Shown one piece after another: positions 47,737-61,835 of a stretch of 64,000 bases of DNA (positions are counted from its first letter, which is position 1; every line of letters starts with the position of its first letter). A program made the translations under genes and the position numbers. Source of the DNA: Mobula hypostoma (taxonomy: Eukaryota); the NCBI RefSeq assembly GCF_963921235.1, contig NC_086108.1, positions 42,658,001 through 42,722,000 on the forward strand, read 5' to 3'. The notes beneath the pieces are model-generated. The model worked only from the letters and a program-made list of their open reading frames with translations. It did not search any database and was not told the DNA's origin.

Positions 47737-50700
47737 ATAGAAACATAGAAACATAGAAAATAGGTGCAGGAGTAGGCCATTCGGCCCTTCGAGCCTGCAC
47801 CGCCATTTGTTATGATCATGGCTGATCATCCAACTCAGAATCCCGCCCCAGCCTTCCCTCCATACCCCCTGACCCCCGTAGCCACAAGGGCCATATCTAA
47901 CTCCCTCTTAAATGTAGCCAATGAACTGGCCTCAACTGTTTCCTGTGGCAGAGAATTCCACAGATTCACCACTCTCTGTGTGAAGAAGTTTTTCCTAATC
48001 TCGGTCCTAAAAGGCTTCCCCTCTATCCTCAAACTGTGGCCCTTCGTTCTGGACTTCCCCAACATCGGGAACAATCTTCCTGCATCTAGCCTGTCCAATC
48101 CCTTTAGGATCTTATACGTTTCAATCAGATCCCCCCTCAATCTTCTAAATTCCAACAAGTACAAGCCCAGTTCATCCAGTCTTTCTTCATATGAAAGTCC
48201 TGCCATCCCAGGAATCAATCTGGTGAACCTTCTTTGTACTCCCTCTATGGCAAGGATGTCTTTCCTCAGATTAGCGGACCAAAACTGCACACAATACTCA
48301 AGATGTGGTCTCACCAAGGCCTTGTACAACTGCAGTAGTACCTCCCTGCTCCTGTACTCGAATCCTCTCGCTATAAATGCCAGCATACCATTCGCCTTTT
48401 TCACCGCCTGCTGTACCTGCATGCCCACTTTCAATGACTGGTATATAAGGACACCCAGGTCTCGTTGCACCTCCCCTTTTCCTAATCGGCCACCATTCAG
48501 ATAATAATCTGTTTTCCTATTTTTGCCACCAAAGTGGATAACTTCACATTTATCCACATTAAATTGCATCTGCCATGAATTTGCCCACTCACCCAACCTA
48601 TCCAAGTCACCCTGCATCCTCTTAGCATCCTCCTCACAGCTAACACTGCCACCCAGCTTCGTGTCATCCGCAAACTTGGAGATGCTGCATTTAATTCCCT
48701 CATCCAAGTCATTAATAAATATTGTAAACAACTGGGGTCCCAGCACTGAGCCTTGCGGTACCCCACTAGTCACCGCCTGCCATTCTGAAAAGGTCCCGTT
48801 TATTCCCACTCTTTTCTTCCTGTCTGCTAACCAATTCTTCACCCACACCAATATCTTACCCCCAATACCGTGTGCTTTTAGTTTGCACACTAATTTCCTG
48901 TGTGGGACCTTGTCAAAAGCCTTTTGAAAATCCAAATATACCACATCCACTGGTTCTCCCCTATCCACTCTACTAGTTACATCCTCAAAAAATTCTATGA
49001 GATTCGTCAGACATGATTTTCCTTTCACAAATCCATGCTGACTTTGTCCGATCATTTCACCGCTTTCCAAATGTGCTGTTATCACATCCTTGATAACTGG
49101 CTCCAGCAGTTTCCCCACCACCGACGTTAGGCTAACCGGTCTATAATTCCCCGGTTTCTCTCTCCCTCCTTTTTTAAAAAGTGGGGTTACATTAGCCACC
49201 CTCCAATCCTCAGGAACTAGTCCAGAATCTAACGAGTTTTGAAAAATTATCACTAATGCATCCGCTATTTCTTGGGCTACTTCCTTAAGCACTCTAGGAT
49301 GCAGACCATCTGGCCCTGGGGATTTATCTGCCTTCAATCCCTTCAATTTACCTAACACCACTTCCCTACTAACATGTATTTTGCTCAGTTCCTCCATCTC
49401 ACTGGACCCTCTGTCCCCTACTATTTCTGGAAGATTATTTATGTCCTCCTTAGTGAAGACAGAACCAAAGTAATTATTCAATTGGTCTGCCATGTCCTTG
49501 CTCCCCATAATCAATTCACCTGTTTCTGTCTGCAGGGGACCTACATTTGTCTTTACCAGTCTTTTCCTTTTTACATATCTATAAAAGCTTTTACAGTCCA
49601 TTTTTATGTTCCCCACCAGTTTTCTCTCATAATCCTTTTTCCCCTTCCTAATTAAGCCCTTTGTCCTCCTCTGCTGAACTCTGAATTTCTCCCAGTCCTC
49701 AGGTGAGCCACTTTCTCTGGCTAATTTGTATGCTTCTTCTTTGGAATTGATACTATCCCTAATTTCTCTTGTCAGCCACGGGTGCACTACCTTCCTTGAT
49801 TTATTCTTTTGCCAAACTGGGATGAACAATTGTTGTAGTTCATCCATGCAACCTTTAAATGTTTGCCATTGCATATCCACCGTCAATCCTTTAAGTGTCA
49901 TTTGCCAGTCTATCTTAGCTAATTCACGTCTCATACCTTCAAATTACCCCTCTTTAAGTTCAGAACCTTTGTTTCCGAATTAACTATGTCACTCTCCATC
50001 TTAATGAAGAATTCCACCATATTATGGTCACTCTTACCCAAGGGGCCTCTCACGACAAGATTGCTAATTAACCCTTCCTCATTGCTCAAAACCCAGTCCA
50101 GAATAGCCTGCTCTCTAGTTGGTTCCTCGACATGTTGGTTCAAAAAACCATCCCGCATACATTCCAAGAAATCCTCTTCCTCAGCACCTTTACCAATTTG
50201 GTTCACCCAATCTACATGTAGATTGAAGTCACCCATTATAACTGCTGTTCCTTTATTGCACACATTTCTAACTTCCTGTTTAATATCATCTCCGACCTCA
50301 CTACTACTGTTAGGTGGCCTGTACACAACTCCCACCAGCGTCTTCTGCCCCTTAGTGTTACGCAGCTCTACCCATATCGATTCCACATCTTCCCAGCTTA
50401 TGTCCTTCCTTTCTATTGCATGAATCTCTTCTTTAACCAGCAACGCCACCCCACCTCCCCTTCCTCCTTGTCTATCCCTCCTGAATATTGAATATCCTTG
50501 AACGTTGAGCTCCCATCCCTGGTCACCCTGGAGCCATGTCTCTGTGCTCCCAACTATATCATAATCATTAATAACAATCTGCACTTTCAATTCATCCACC
50601 TTATTACGAATGCTCCTTGCATTGACACACAAAGCCTTCAGGCGCTCTTTTACAACTCTCTTAGCCCTTATACAATTATGCTGAAAAGTGGCCCTTTTTA

Positions 50701-50866
50701 ATGCTTGCCCTGGATTTGTCGGTCTGCCACTTTTACTTTTCTCCTTAGTACTTTTTGCTTCTACCCTCACTTTACACCCCTCTGTCTCTCTGCACTGGTT
50801 CCCATCCCCCTGCTGTGACCTAACCTCCTCACGCCTAGCCTCTTTAATTTGATTCCCACCCCTCTC
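47737..50866 (-). mobile_element. Young CR1 LINE with almost intact ORF2 (endonuclease 49931-50896, RT 47835-49934; one frameshift)
   Basis: NARSI, TETWL, GDFN, SDH endonuclease motifs; 699-aa RT ORF; (TTCTATGT)n tail; candidate TSD AAGTAAT (47730-47736 / 50867-50873). Confidence 0.96.
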
Positions 50867-51124
50867 AAGTAATGAAGGAACAGACTCCAAGATCATTCAG
50901 TGGAAGTTTTAAAAAGAGCATTAGTGCAATTTATAATAATTGATCAAAAAGAAAATAATCATTGTCGTGAAGAATTCAAAAATATCTAGGTAGAAAAGTT
51001 TAACTGTATATATATTAGATTTAAATGGGAATTATCATACCTGCTAACTCAAACCATAAGGAATGCAAGGTACAACTCTTGGAAAGCCCATGGAACAAAA
51101 TACATTCTTGAAATACATTTAATA

Positions 51125-52890
51125 TTGGTATTGGTTTATTATTGTACCATGTCCAGGACAAGATACAGTGAAAAGCTTGTGTTGCATATTGTTCATACAG
51201 ATCAAATCATTGCATATTGCTTTGCTGTAAAACAATAGCAATGCAGAATATGGTGTAACACGCTACAGATAAAGTACAGTGCAGCGAAACAATAAGGTGC
51301 AAGATCACATCAAGGTAGATTGCAAACTCAAAAGACCATCTTATTGTACCACAGTTCTATTCAAGAGTCTGATTGAATGGACATCTTGCATGATAAGATG
51401 AACTTTTTTATGGTCCATTTGATCCGACAAGACAAAATGGACAATAAAGTGGGATAGAAGCTGTTCTTCAGTTCGATGGTACATGTTTTCAGGCTTTTGT
51501 ATGTTTTGCCCTAAGGGAGGGGGGAGAGAAGAGAGTATGACTAGGATGGGTGCTTGCTGATTTACTGAGGCAGCAAGAAGTATAGACAGTGTCCATAGAA
51601 GGGAGACTGGGGATGTTCTGCACTGTGTCTACAACTCTCTGCTCTTCCTTGCGTTCATGTGCAGAGTAGTTGCTATATCACATGACTATGGGACATGAGA
51701 GCATAATTAGGCCTTTAAACCCATCTGTTTCTATGTCTTATGATCTTATAATCTACTCTGCTATTCCATGGCTGATTTACTATCCCTCTCGAACTCATTC
51801 TCCTGCCTTCTCCCCATAATTAGATTAGATTATGGGGACACTCAGTCCTCGTTTATTGTCATTTAGAAATGCATGAATTAAAAAATGATACAATGTTCCT
51901 CCAGTATGTTATAACAGAAACACAAGACAGACCAAGACTAAAACTGACAAAGACCACATAATTATAACATATAGTTACAACAGTGCAAAGCAATAACCTA
52001 ATTTGATAAGAGCAGACCATGGGCACGGTAAAAAAAAGTCTCAAAGTCCTGATAGCCCCAACATCTCACGCAGACGGTAGAAGGGAGAAACTCTCCCTGC
52101 CATGAGATTCCAGCACCGCAAACTTGCCAATGCAGCATCCTGGAAGCACCCGACCACAGTCCGACTTTGAGTCCATCCGAAAACTTTGAGCCTCTGACCA
52201 GCCCTCCGACACCGAGCACCGAGCACCGAGCACCATCTCTACCAAGCGCTTCGACCCCGCCCCCGGCCGCCAAGCAACAGGCAAAGCCGAGGATTCAGGG
52301 CCTTCCCCTCTGGAGATTTCGGATCACACAGTAGCAGTGGCAGCGAAACAGACATTTCAGAAGTTTCACCAGATGTTCCTCCATGCTCTCACGTCTGCCT
52401 CCATCAAATCAGAATTGTGCATGGCATCCTACTTGACAGATAACAGATATCCATCACCGGAGAGGCCGTGCACGCTGCGTCGCGCCGCCATCTTCTCCCC
52501 CTCCTCCTCTGTAATGCCTTGACTAATCAAGAACCTATCAGCCTCCACTTTAAATATACCTAATGACTTGGCCTCCAGAGCCATCTGTGACAATGAATGA
52601 GACTAAGCCATGATGTATCCAGTTGCCAAGTCGTGATGCACCTAATTAGAATGATTTTTATGGGTCATTAATAAAAATTGGTAAGGGTTGATGGGGACAT
52701 ACCAAATCTTTTTAGCCTTCTGAGGAAGCAGAGTCAGTAGTGAACTTTCTTGGCCATGACAACAACATGGTTGGACCAGGTGATGCTCACACCTAGGAAC
52801 TTGAAGCTCTCAACCCTCTCAGCTGCAACACTGTTCTTGCAGACAGGAGCAAGTGCACCAGCACCCTTTGTGAAGTCAATGAGCTGCTTC
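51125..52890 (-). mobile_element. Rex1/Babar-type fragment containing a CR1 tail (51685-52600), which in turn contains a short element
   Basis: Rex-type tail (TTTATTATTGT) and body resume after 52600; CR1 tail sequence resumes after 52500. Confidence 0.65.
51820..52500 (-). mobile_element. ~680-bp non-coding, CpG-rich LINE-derived short element
   Basis: 5' end GGGGAGAAGATGGCGGCG; 3' end TGACAATAAA...(TAATC)n; internal (CACCGAG)x3; no RT motifs. Confidence 0.65.
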
Positions 52891-54064
52891 TGAGATACAC
52901 TAAGGAGTCAAAGACACCGTGGTTACTTCCTCTGCTACTCCAAAAGCACCTCTCAGTCCCTGTAACCTCCATCTGCAAGAAGGACAAAGGTAGCAATACC
53001 TGTGAGCAACACTCCTCACCATCCCACTCTGTCTTGGAAGTATTGAGCTGGTCCTTCATCTTTGCTGGATTTAGATCCTGGAGCTCCCTACTCAGGAAGT
53101 CCTTTTGCCAAAAGGAATAACCCTCTTCAAAAAGGTGGCTGCCCATCAGATTGTCAAGGGTATTCAGAAAGGGAGAATAAACACTGTTCTTGCCAGTGAT
53201 GCCCCAATCATTTAAAATGAGTAAGTGGAAAGAAAATGTGACTGGGGTTACTCACTACAAGAGGGAGGGGTTGGCTGGGAGTGTTGATACTTACCTGTAC
53301 TAAAGAATGTACATTTTTATGAAGGGATCAGTTCTGTTGATGTATAAAGAGTTAGGTGACTCATTGTCCTAGATTTTGAAGGTGTGAACAATGCCTTCAA
53401 AGTTAATCAGGTCAGATCATGTATCTTATTTTCTGTAATTTGCAATGGTCCCCATTATTTTTATCAATACCTCAAGTGACTGAAAGCCTGAAGTATTGTT
53501 GTTATTGGCCTAAATTGGGTTATCTCCTCCCACAGGATATTATTGTAGAAGTATAATAATCCCTTTTATTTAAAAAAAACAAAATACTCCATGACGAATT
53601 TCTAATAGTCTCTCCTCAAGTTACATTTTTAAGATGAAAGCTTTATGTGACAGATTATCTGGATTCTAAAATGTATCAAAAACTGTTCAAAGTGTGGCTT
53701 TTGTATAAAATAGTTGACAGATGATGTGAAGGAGGAACATTAATTAGAAGGAGCTTGTTTATCCAAAGTCATAATGGAAAAACTGTTATCATAGATTAAT
53801 AAACAGAGTTCTGGTAGCATCCTGTGCTGAAAATTTACCAGAGTGTGATGGTTGGTAAAGACTGGAAAGAATTATGAGAGGCAAAGTATCTGCGCCTCAT
53901 GGTAATAAGTATAGAATGGTCAGTTAAGGCTATGAAAAATTGAAAGAGAATTGCAGCAATGTCAAGGAACAAGGAAAATTCTGGTGAGTTTTAAGGGAAC
54001 CCCTAATTCTTTGGTTGAGAAATGACTTCAGCTATCCAATGTAGCTGATTTTTTTTAAATTTTA

Positions 54065-55485
54065 GAACAGTACAATGTTGTACATTGTTTAGAACAATGT
54101 TGTGCCAAACAATTAAATTTGTAATCAAATGACCAACTAAATTAATCTCTTTAGTCTACACAATGTCCAATTTCCTTCATTTTCCTCACATTCACGTGTC
54201 TATCTAAATATATATTTTAAAAAGCCTAACGCATCTGCCTTACCACCACCCCAGGCACTCATCACAAAAAGCTTGCTCCTCACATCTCCTTTGAAATTAC
54301 CCCCTCTCACCTTAAATGTATGCCCTCTGGAATTAGACATTACAACCATGGGAAAAAAATACTGTCTGTCTACTCTATCTATGCCTCTCATAAACATTAA
54401 ACCTCTAACAGTCTCCGCTATTCCAGAGAAAACAACCCAGGTTTGTCCACCCTCTCATTATGGCACATGCTCTCCAATCCAGGCAGCATCCTGGTAGACC
54501 TCTTCAAAGCCTCAACAACTTTCAATATTTGAGTGACCAGAACTGTATGCACTACTCCAGATACGGCCTAAATAGTGTTTTATAAAACTGCAACATAACT
54601 TCCTGACTTTAAAGCATGTCATATTTTTTAACCACCCTCTCAACCTGTGTAACCACTTTCAAGGAGCTACGAACTTGGATCCCAAGATCTCTCTGCTCAT
54701 CAACACTGTTAAGGGTCTTGCTTTAAACAGTATACTGTCTCTTTACATTTGACCTACCAAAGTGCAACACTTCACACTTGGCCAGGTTAAACTCCATCTG
54801 CCATTTCTCAGCCCAAATCTGCAGCTGATCTGTATCATGTTGTATTCTTTGCCTGTCTTCTCAACCACCCACAACTCCATCAATCTTGGTATCGTCCACA
54901 AATTTATTAACCCACCCAATTACAATGTCATCCAGATCATTTATATACATCATAAACAGCAGGGGCCCCATTACAGATCCCTGCAAAACGCCACTAATGA
55001 CAATTCAGTTACAATAAGTCCCTTTGACCACTATCCTCTGTCTTCTATAGGCAAGCCAGTTCTGAATCCAGTCAGCCAATTCACCATAGACCCCCTGCCT
55101 CTTAATCCTCTGGATGAGCCTCCCATGATGGACCTTGCCTAACACCTTACTGAAGTCCATGTAGATAACATCCACAACTTCATCATCTACTTTCATCAAT
55201 CACCGTTGTCACCCCTTGAAAAAATACCATCAAGTTAATAAAACATGGCTTGCCCCACACAAAGCCATGTTGGCTCTTCCAAGTAGGCAATGGTTTTCCA
55301 AATGCTCACAAAACCTATCCTTATGAATCCTCTCCAGTAACCCGCCTACCACTGACATGAGACTCATAGTCTATAGTTTCTAGGATTAGCTCTGGTTCCT
55401 TTCTTGAACGATAGAACAACATTAACTACTCACCATCCATCCGGGACCTCTCCAGTGGCTAGAGAGGACACGAATATATTGGTGT
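54065..55485 (-). mobile_element. CR1 LINE RT fragment, decayed
   Basis: [26 protein letters not shown] motifs. Confidence 0.85.
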
Positions 55486-56204
55486 GAATGCTTCCATTAT
55501 TCAGTGAGGAAGAAGTATGATGAACAGTAAGGTTAGTTGCAAAACATTATAAAAAAGGAGAATCTTGCAGCTATTAATAATATTGAATATATTTTGAAAA
55601 ATAAATGTTGTGAATCAAGCTACAACATCTTAGGATATAATATATTTGACACTAGAAAAAAGGATAAATTCTCTGCTGGTAATCTATCAATCAAGATGGG
55701 CATAGAGAATGGGAAGCTGGGAGTCAGGGAAATTTCACGCTGTTGCCAAAGGGTACTCTGGAAGAGGTAGTACTTTAATAGACTTGGCTTTGCCTAATAG
55801 GAAGTATGGTTGGCTGAGGCCTGAATGCCACTAATCTCTGTAGGCCCGCAATCTATTATGCTGAGCCTGCCTGTTCAGCAGATAAGTGGATAGCTAAAAG
55901 TGGACAAAAACATTATTTGTCTGGCCATTGTTCTGCATTCAATGGCAAATGAAGCAAAGGGAGGCGAAAAATCTTTTGTGCAGTCAGGACAAGTGCTACC
56001 TTGCAATCATCAGTGTGTGAAGTCATTCATTGGTGATGCAGCATAAGGCCTAAAAAGGCTTAAAAACGGGAATTTTTGGTGGTCTGCATTGACATCAATC
56101 TATTAGGCACTCATCAAGGGCCAGTAAAAAGAAGCGAGGTGTAAGCTGAGCGGCCATTGTGTGAGTGGACAGTGTTAGAGTGGTCAGCAGACATGAGTGA
56201 GACA

Positions 56205-56968
56205 CAATACAAGAAAATCTGAAGACGCTGGAAATCCAAAGCAACACATACAGAATGCTGGAGGAACTCAGCAGGACAGGTAGCATCTATGGGAAAGAGT
56301 AACCGTCGATGTTTCAGGCTGAGACCCTTCATCAGGACTGGAAAGAATGAGGAGAAGTTAGAGTAAGAAGGGGGAGGAGGGGAACAAGAAGGTGGTAGGC
56401 GATAGGTGGAACCGGGAGAGGGAGAGGAGGTGAAGTAAGGTTGATTGGTGAAAGAGATAAAGGGCTGGAGAAGAGGGAATTTGATAGGAAAGGAAAGAGG
56501 ACCATGGAAGGAAGAGGAGGAGCACCAGAGGGAGGTGATGGGCAGTTAAGGAGATTAGGTGAGAGAGGGAAACAGGAATGGGGAATAGTGAAGGAGAGGG
56601 CGGGAACCCTATCCCTGGTGTGGCAGCAGGAGGATGGGGTGAAGGCAGATATGTGCGAAATGGAAAAAATGCAGGTGAAGGCAGCGTTGATGGTGGAGGA
56701 AAGCAAGCCCCTTTCTTTGAAGAAGGAGGACATCTCAGTAGTTCTGGAATGAAAAACCTCATCCTGTGGTGGAGATGCAGGAACCGAGAGAAGGGGATGG
56801 CATTTTTACAAGTGACAGGGTGGGAAGAGGTATGTTCAGGTAGCTGTGAGAGTCAGTAGGTTTATAAAAGATATCAGTAGATAGACTGTCTCTATAGATG
56901 AAGACAGAGAAGTTGAGAAAGGGGAGGGAGGTGTCGGAAATAGACCAAGTAAATTTTAGGGCAGGGTG
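56205..56968 (-). mobile_element. Internally deleted Penelope-like element
   Basis: HPALKFTWSISDTSLPFL...YKPTDSHSYL, MSSFFKERG; pLTR with hammerhead. Confidence 0.88.
56303..56341 (-). ncRNA. Minimal type-I hammerhead ribozyme motif with intact CTGATGA/GAAA boxes
   Basis: Minus strand: cagtc-CTGATGA-a-gggtctcagcct-GAAAC-ATC-gacgg. Confidence 0.65.
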
Positions 56969-57295
56969 GCAGGTTGTCACCTCAATAGTATCCAAAGCAG
57001 TATACTTATTATTGAGGAGAACTGCCACAAAGGTATTCTACACTGGCTGCCTATTCCCTTTCCCTCTCCTGACAGTCTCCCAGGTAGCTTTCTTCTGCAA
57101 CTTAGGGGTGACTACATCCCTGAGCTCCTATCTATCACCTCCTCTTTTTCCTGTATGAGCCGAAGGTCATCCATCTGCAGCTCCAGATCCTTAACGCGGT
57201 CTCTAAGGCACTACAGCCCAGTGCACTTTGTGTAGATGTAGTTATCAGGGAGACTGGAGATCTCCTAAATTTCTCACATCTTACACAAGACTTGA
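56968..57295 (-). mobile_element. CR1 ORF1 fragment
   Basis: LRDRVKDLELQMDDLRLIQE coiled-coil and VAVLLNNKYTALDT remnants. Confidence 0.6.
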
Positions 57296-57404
57296 GCGGA
57301 TAAGCACAGACGGATGTTTCCAGCAAGTGTTTTTTTCTGTTAGTACATAGCTAATGTGCTAAGAATGGGTCCAGAGTTAGTGGTATGTTCCTTGTGTTGG
57401 ATGT

Positions 57405-60395
57405 AGGAACTTTGGAGTTTAACATCCAAGGATACACATTGTATCGAAAGGATAGGCAGTTAGGCAGAGGGATTGGGCTGGCTTTGTTGGTAAAAAATGA
57501 AATCAAATCCTTAGAAAGAGGTAACATAGAATCGAAAGATGTAGAATCCTTGTGGATAGAGTTAAGAAGTTGCAAGTGTAAAAAGATCCTGATAGGAGTT
57601 ACAGTATATACGTGCTTCCAAACAGTAGCCAGTAGGTGGGCTATGAAGTTCAACAAGACATAGAAAAGGCATGTCAAGAGGGCAAGTTTGCGATAGTTAC
57701 GGAGGATTTCAATATGCAGTTAGATTGGAAAATTAGGTTGATGCTGGATCCCAAGATGGGGAATTTGTAGAATGGATAAAAGATGGCTTTTTAGAGCAGT
57801 TTGTGGTGGAGCCCAGTAGGGAAGCAGCAATTCTGAATTTGTGTTTAGACCTGATTAGGGATCTTAAGGTAAAGGAACACGTAGGAGGCAACTGGGCGGT
57901 CTTTCATTGATTCTGTTATAGTTATTATTTGATAGATTTATTGAGTATGCCCAGAAGAAAATGAATCTCAGGGTTGTATATGGTGACATATTATAACCTG
58001 ATAATAAATTTACTTTGAACTTTTGAACTTATATATAGATATGATAGAATTCACCCTGCCATTTGAGAAGTAGTAAGCTAAAATCAAGTAGTTCAGTATC
58101 ATAATGGAGTAAAGAGAATTGCAGTAGCATGAGAGAGGAGCTGGCCAAAGTTAATTAGAATTGGACAATAACAGGGACGATGACAGAATAGCAATGGCTG
58201 GAGTTTCTGGGAATACTTTGGAAGGCACAGGAAATATACATCCCAAAGATGAAGAAGTAATCTAGAGTGAGGATGAAGCAACTGCAGCTGACACGAGAAG
58301 TCATAAACAGCATAAAAGCAAAAGAGAGGAAAATTAGTGGGAAGGTAGAGGATTTTCAAGCCAGGTCAATTTAATTTATTAGTCATAGGCTTACAAAATT
58401 AAAAGGGAGTCTTGTCTTCCTCAACAAATCTACACCTCTAAAAATAACTATAGTAATGGAGCCAAGCAGCATTTTAACACATGAAGTTGGTATGGAACTT
58501 CTTTGGTTAACAATGCCAAATATATCACATGGTTAAATTAATTAGATTAATTTATTATTTAATAAAAGGAGAGGCTTTTTAGAGCAGTTTGTGGTTGAGC
58601 TCACTAGGGCAAAGGCAATTCTGGATTAAGTGTTGTGTAATGAACCAGATTTGATTAAGGAGCTTAAGGTAAACGAACCATTATATAATGAGTAAAAGAG
58701 AGGCAAGAGTGAATATTGGACCCCTGGAAAGGTAGTAATAGGAGACAAAGAAATGGCAGATGAACTTAATAAGTATTTTGTGTCGGGCTTCACTGTGGAA
58801 GACACTAACAAGATGCTAAAAATTTGAGAGTGTTGGGGGCAGAAGTGAGTGTACTTGCCATTGCTAAGGAGAAGGTGCTTGGGAAGTTGAAAGGTCTGAA
58901 GGTAGATAAGTCACTTGGACCAGATAGGCTATATCCCAGGGTTCTGAAAGAGGTAGCTGAAGAGACTCTGGAGGCATTAGTAATGATCTTTCAAGAGTCA
59001 CCAATTTCTGGAATAGTTCTGGGGAGAGAAGGGAGGGAGGCAGAAGAAAGGAAATAAAAGACCAATTAGCCTTAACTCAGTGGTTGGGAAGATGTTGGAG
59101 TCCATCTCTAAGGATAAGGTTTCGGGGTACTTGGAGGCACATGATAAAATAGGCTAAAGTCAGCATGGTTATCTCAAGGGGAAATCTTGCCTGAAAAATC
59201 TGTTGGAATTCTTTGAGAAAATAACAGGCAAGATAGACAAAGGGAAGTCAGTGGATGTTGTTTACCTGGATTTTCCAAAGGCCCTTGACAAGGTGCCACA
59301 CATGAGGCTGCTTAACAGGATACAAACCCATAGTATTACAGAAAAGAGAATAGCATGGATATAAGATTGGCTAACTGGCAGGAGGCAAAGAGTGGGAATT
59401 TTCTGCTTGATGTTCTGGAAGGGTCAATGTGGAACCGCTTCATTTCACATTATATGTCAATGATTTAGATGTTGATATTGATGGCTTTGTGGCCAAGTTT
59501 GTGGACAATACAAAGATAGGTGGAGGGTAGGTGGCATTGAGGAAGCAGGAGTCTGCAGAAGGACTTAGACAGATTGGAAGAATGGCACAGAAGAGACAGA
59601 TGGAATACAATGTTGGGAAATGTATGGTCATGCACTTTGGGGAAGGAATAAAGGTGTCGACTATTTTCTAAATGAGGAGAAAATTCAAATATTAGAAGTC
59701 CAAAGGAACTTTGGAGCCCTCATGCAGGATTCTCTAAAGGTTAACTTGCAGGTTGAATCGATGTTGAGGAAGGCAAATGCAATGTTAGCATTCATTTTGA
59801 GAGGAGTAGAATATATGAGCAAGAATGTAATGATGAGGCTTTATGAGTATTGTGAGCAGTTTTGGGCCCCTTATCTAAGAAAAGATGTGCTGGCATTGGA
59901 GAGGGTCCAGAGGAGGTTCACAAGAATGATTCTGGGAATGAAAGGGTTGGCATACAAGGAGTGTTTGATGGCTCTGGACCTGGTCTCACTGGAGTTCAGA
60001 AGCATGAGAGGGAATTTCATTGAAACCTATCAAATATTGAAAGGCCTAGATAGAGTGAATGTGAAGAAGATGTTTCCGATAGTAGGGAAGTCTAGAACCA
60101 GAGGGGAAAGCCTCAGAATAGAGGAATATCCATTTAGAACAGAGATGAGGAAAATTTCTTTAGCCAGAGGGTGGTGAATCTGTGGAACTCATTGCCACAT
60201 ATAGTTGTGCAGGCCAAATCATTGGGTATATTTATGGCGGCGGTTGATATGTCCTTGGTTAATCAGACCATCAAAAGTTTCAAGGAGAAGGCAGGAGAAT
60301 GGGGTTGAGAGGAATAAATCAGCCATGATGGAATGGCAGAACAGACTCAATGGTCTGAATGACCTAATTGTGCTCCTGTGTCTTAGGGTCTTATG
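57405..60395 (+). mobile_element. Decayed CR1 ORF2, probably two pieces (57405-58355, with a Rex-type tail at ~57895-58030; and 58570-60395)
   Basis: NIQGYTLYRKDR, ESLWIEL, KGLKVDKS.GPD, QFWAPYLRKDV; CR1 tail. Confidence 0.85.
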
Positions 60396-61511
60396 GGAAA
60401 TATTCCAAATCAAATTACTCATGATGGACACAGAATAGAGCAACCTGTGTTGAAGTCACAGAGCACACAGCAGAAATTCAGCCCCCTTTTCAGTAGAAGT
60501 GCTTACTGGAGAGGAGCCAGCGTTTAACATTAGTTATTGCTTTAATTGGAAGCTCTCTCAGATTTGAGTGACATCTTCAGGATTGGTAGAGATCCTGCCT
60601 CAAAGCACTTCCTCCTTTCTCCTCCTGCAAGGGAATCTAGGCTGATAATTCCCTCTCTCTGCTCTTCCTGACTTCTGTTTCAGATCTGTTTATCAGAACA
60701 AAAGATCTCCAGTTCACACACAATGTAAAAAATATTACAACTGGCTAAGCATGAGTGGGAACCACATTTGTAGAAAAAGCAATAAAGATCAGATTTAATT
60801 CTTTTTGATTGCATATGCTGCAGGGTTGCAACAGTTCAAAGTTACTTGTGTTGTAATGGAGAAGCACAGTGGAAGTGATAGCTGAAGTCAAACATTGAGG
60901 AAAAACCAGACAATAGGAAATAACTTTATTGCTACATATGATAGTTATGACATCTTATTGAAGCTGAATGCAAGTGAGATTAAGGAACACGATCAGCATG
61001 AGATATTACCATTATAATGGAAACATGATACACTCCCTACACATTACAGGGAAGATCTTCAGAATTAAATATTTTCTGAAGTCTAATGAGGTGCATATCC
61101 AATAACATGACACCATGTGCAATGTGAAACAATTAGACTTCTTGATGTAAGAGCTCAGAACTCTGAAAGGAGGGCGAGGTGTATTTATTTTAGTAATGAC
61201 ACATAAATACTAGTTCATGGAACATTTGATGACCATTTAGCTGATTAAATTACTTTATATAAAACTAATTACACAGTTGAAACCCATGTGGAAATTATTT
61301 GTGTTTTCCAGTATTTCAGGATTGTGACTGTTTTTGGCTGTGACCATTAAAGTGAGGGATATTAGTGTAAATGGACTAAAAGCTTTTCCACCTTAATATT
61401 CAGTCCCTCAATACAAACACCTCCAGTGCAAGAACAATATGGGGCAGATGTAGAGTTACTCATATTCTGCTATAACATTGAATCCAGTTTTCTGTCATCT
61501 ACATTTCATTT

Positions 61512-61835
61512 CAGATCAGAATCGGGTTTAATATCACCAACGTACGTCATGAAATTTGTTAACTTTTCGGCAGCAGTACAATGAAATACATGATAAATAA
61601 ATGTGGAGAAAAAAACTGAATTACGGTAAGTAGATACATGTCTATTAAATAGTTAAACTAAACTAAGTAGTGCAAAAAAAAGGAACAGAAATTTAAAAAG
61701 GTAGTGAGTTAGTGTTCATGGATTCAATGTCCATTTAGGAATCGTATGGCAGAGGGGAAGAAGTTGTTCCTGAATCATTGAGTGTGTGCCTTCAGGCTTT
61801 TGTACCTCCTACCTGATGGTAGCAGTGAGAAGAGA
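61512..61835 (-). mobile_element. Rex1/Babar-type LINE 3' end
   Basis: Reverse LFSLLPSGRRYKSL and (TCTGA)-type tail. Confidence 0.7.

Noticed and set aside
47812..48927. 230-aa and 134-aa plus-strand ORFs
   Set aside because: Antisense shadows of the CR1 RT.
53288..53370. ATACTTACCTG, either a U1 snRNA 5' end or a perfect minus-strand splice donor
   Set aside because: The sequence does not continue as U1. The putative exon has stops in all three frames and a weak acceptor.
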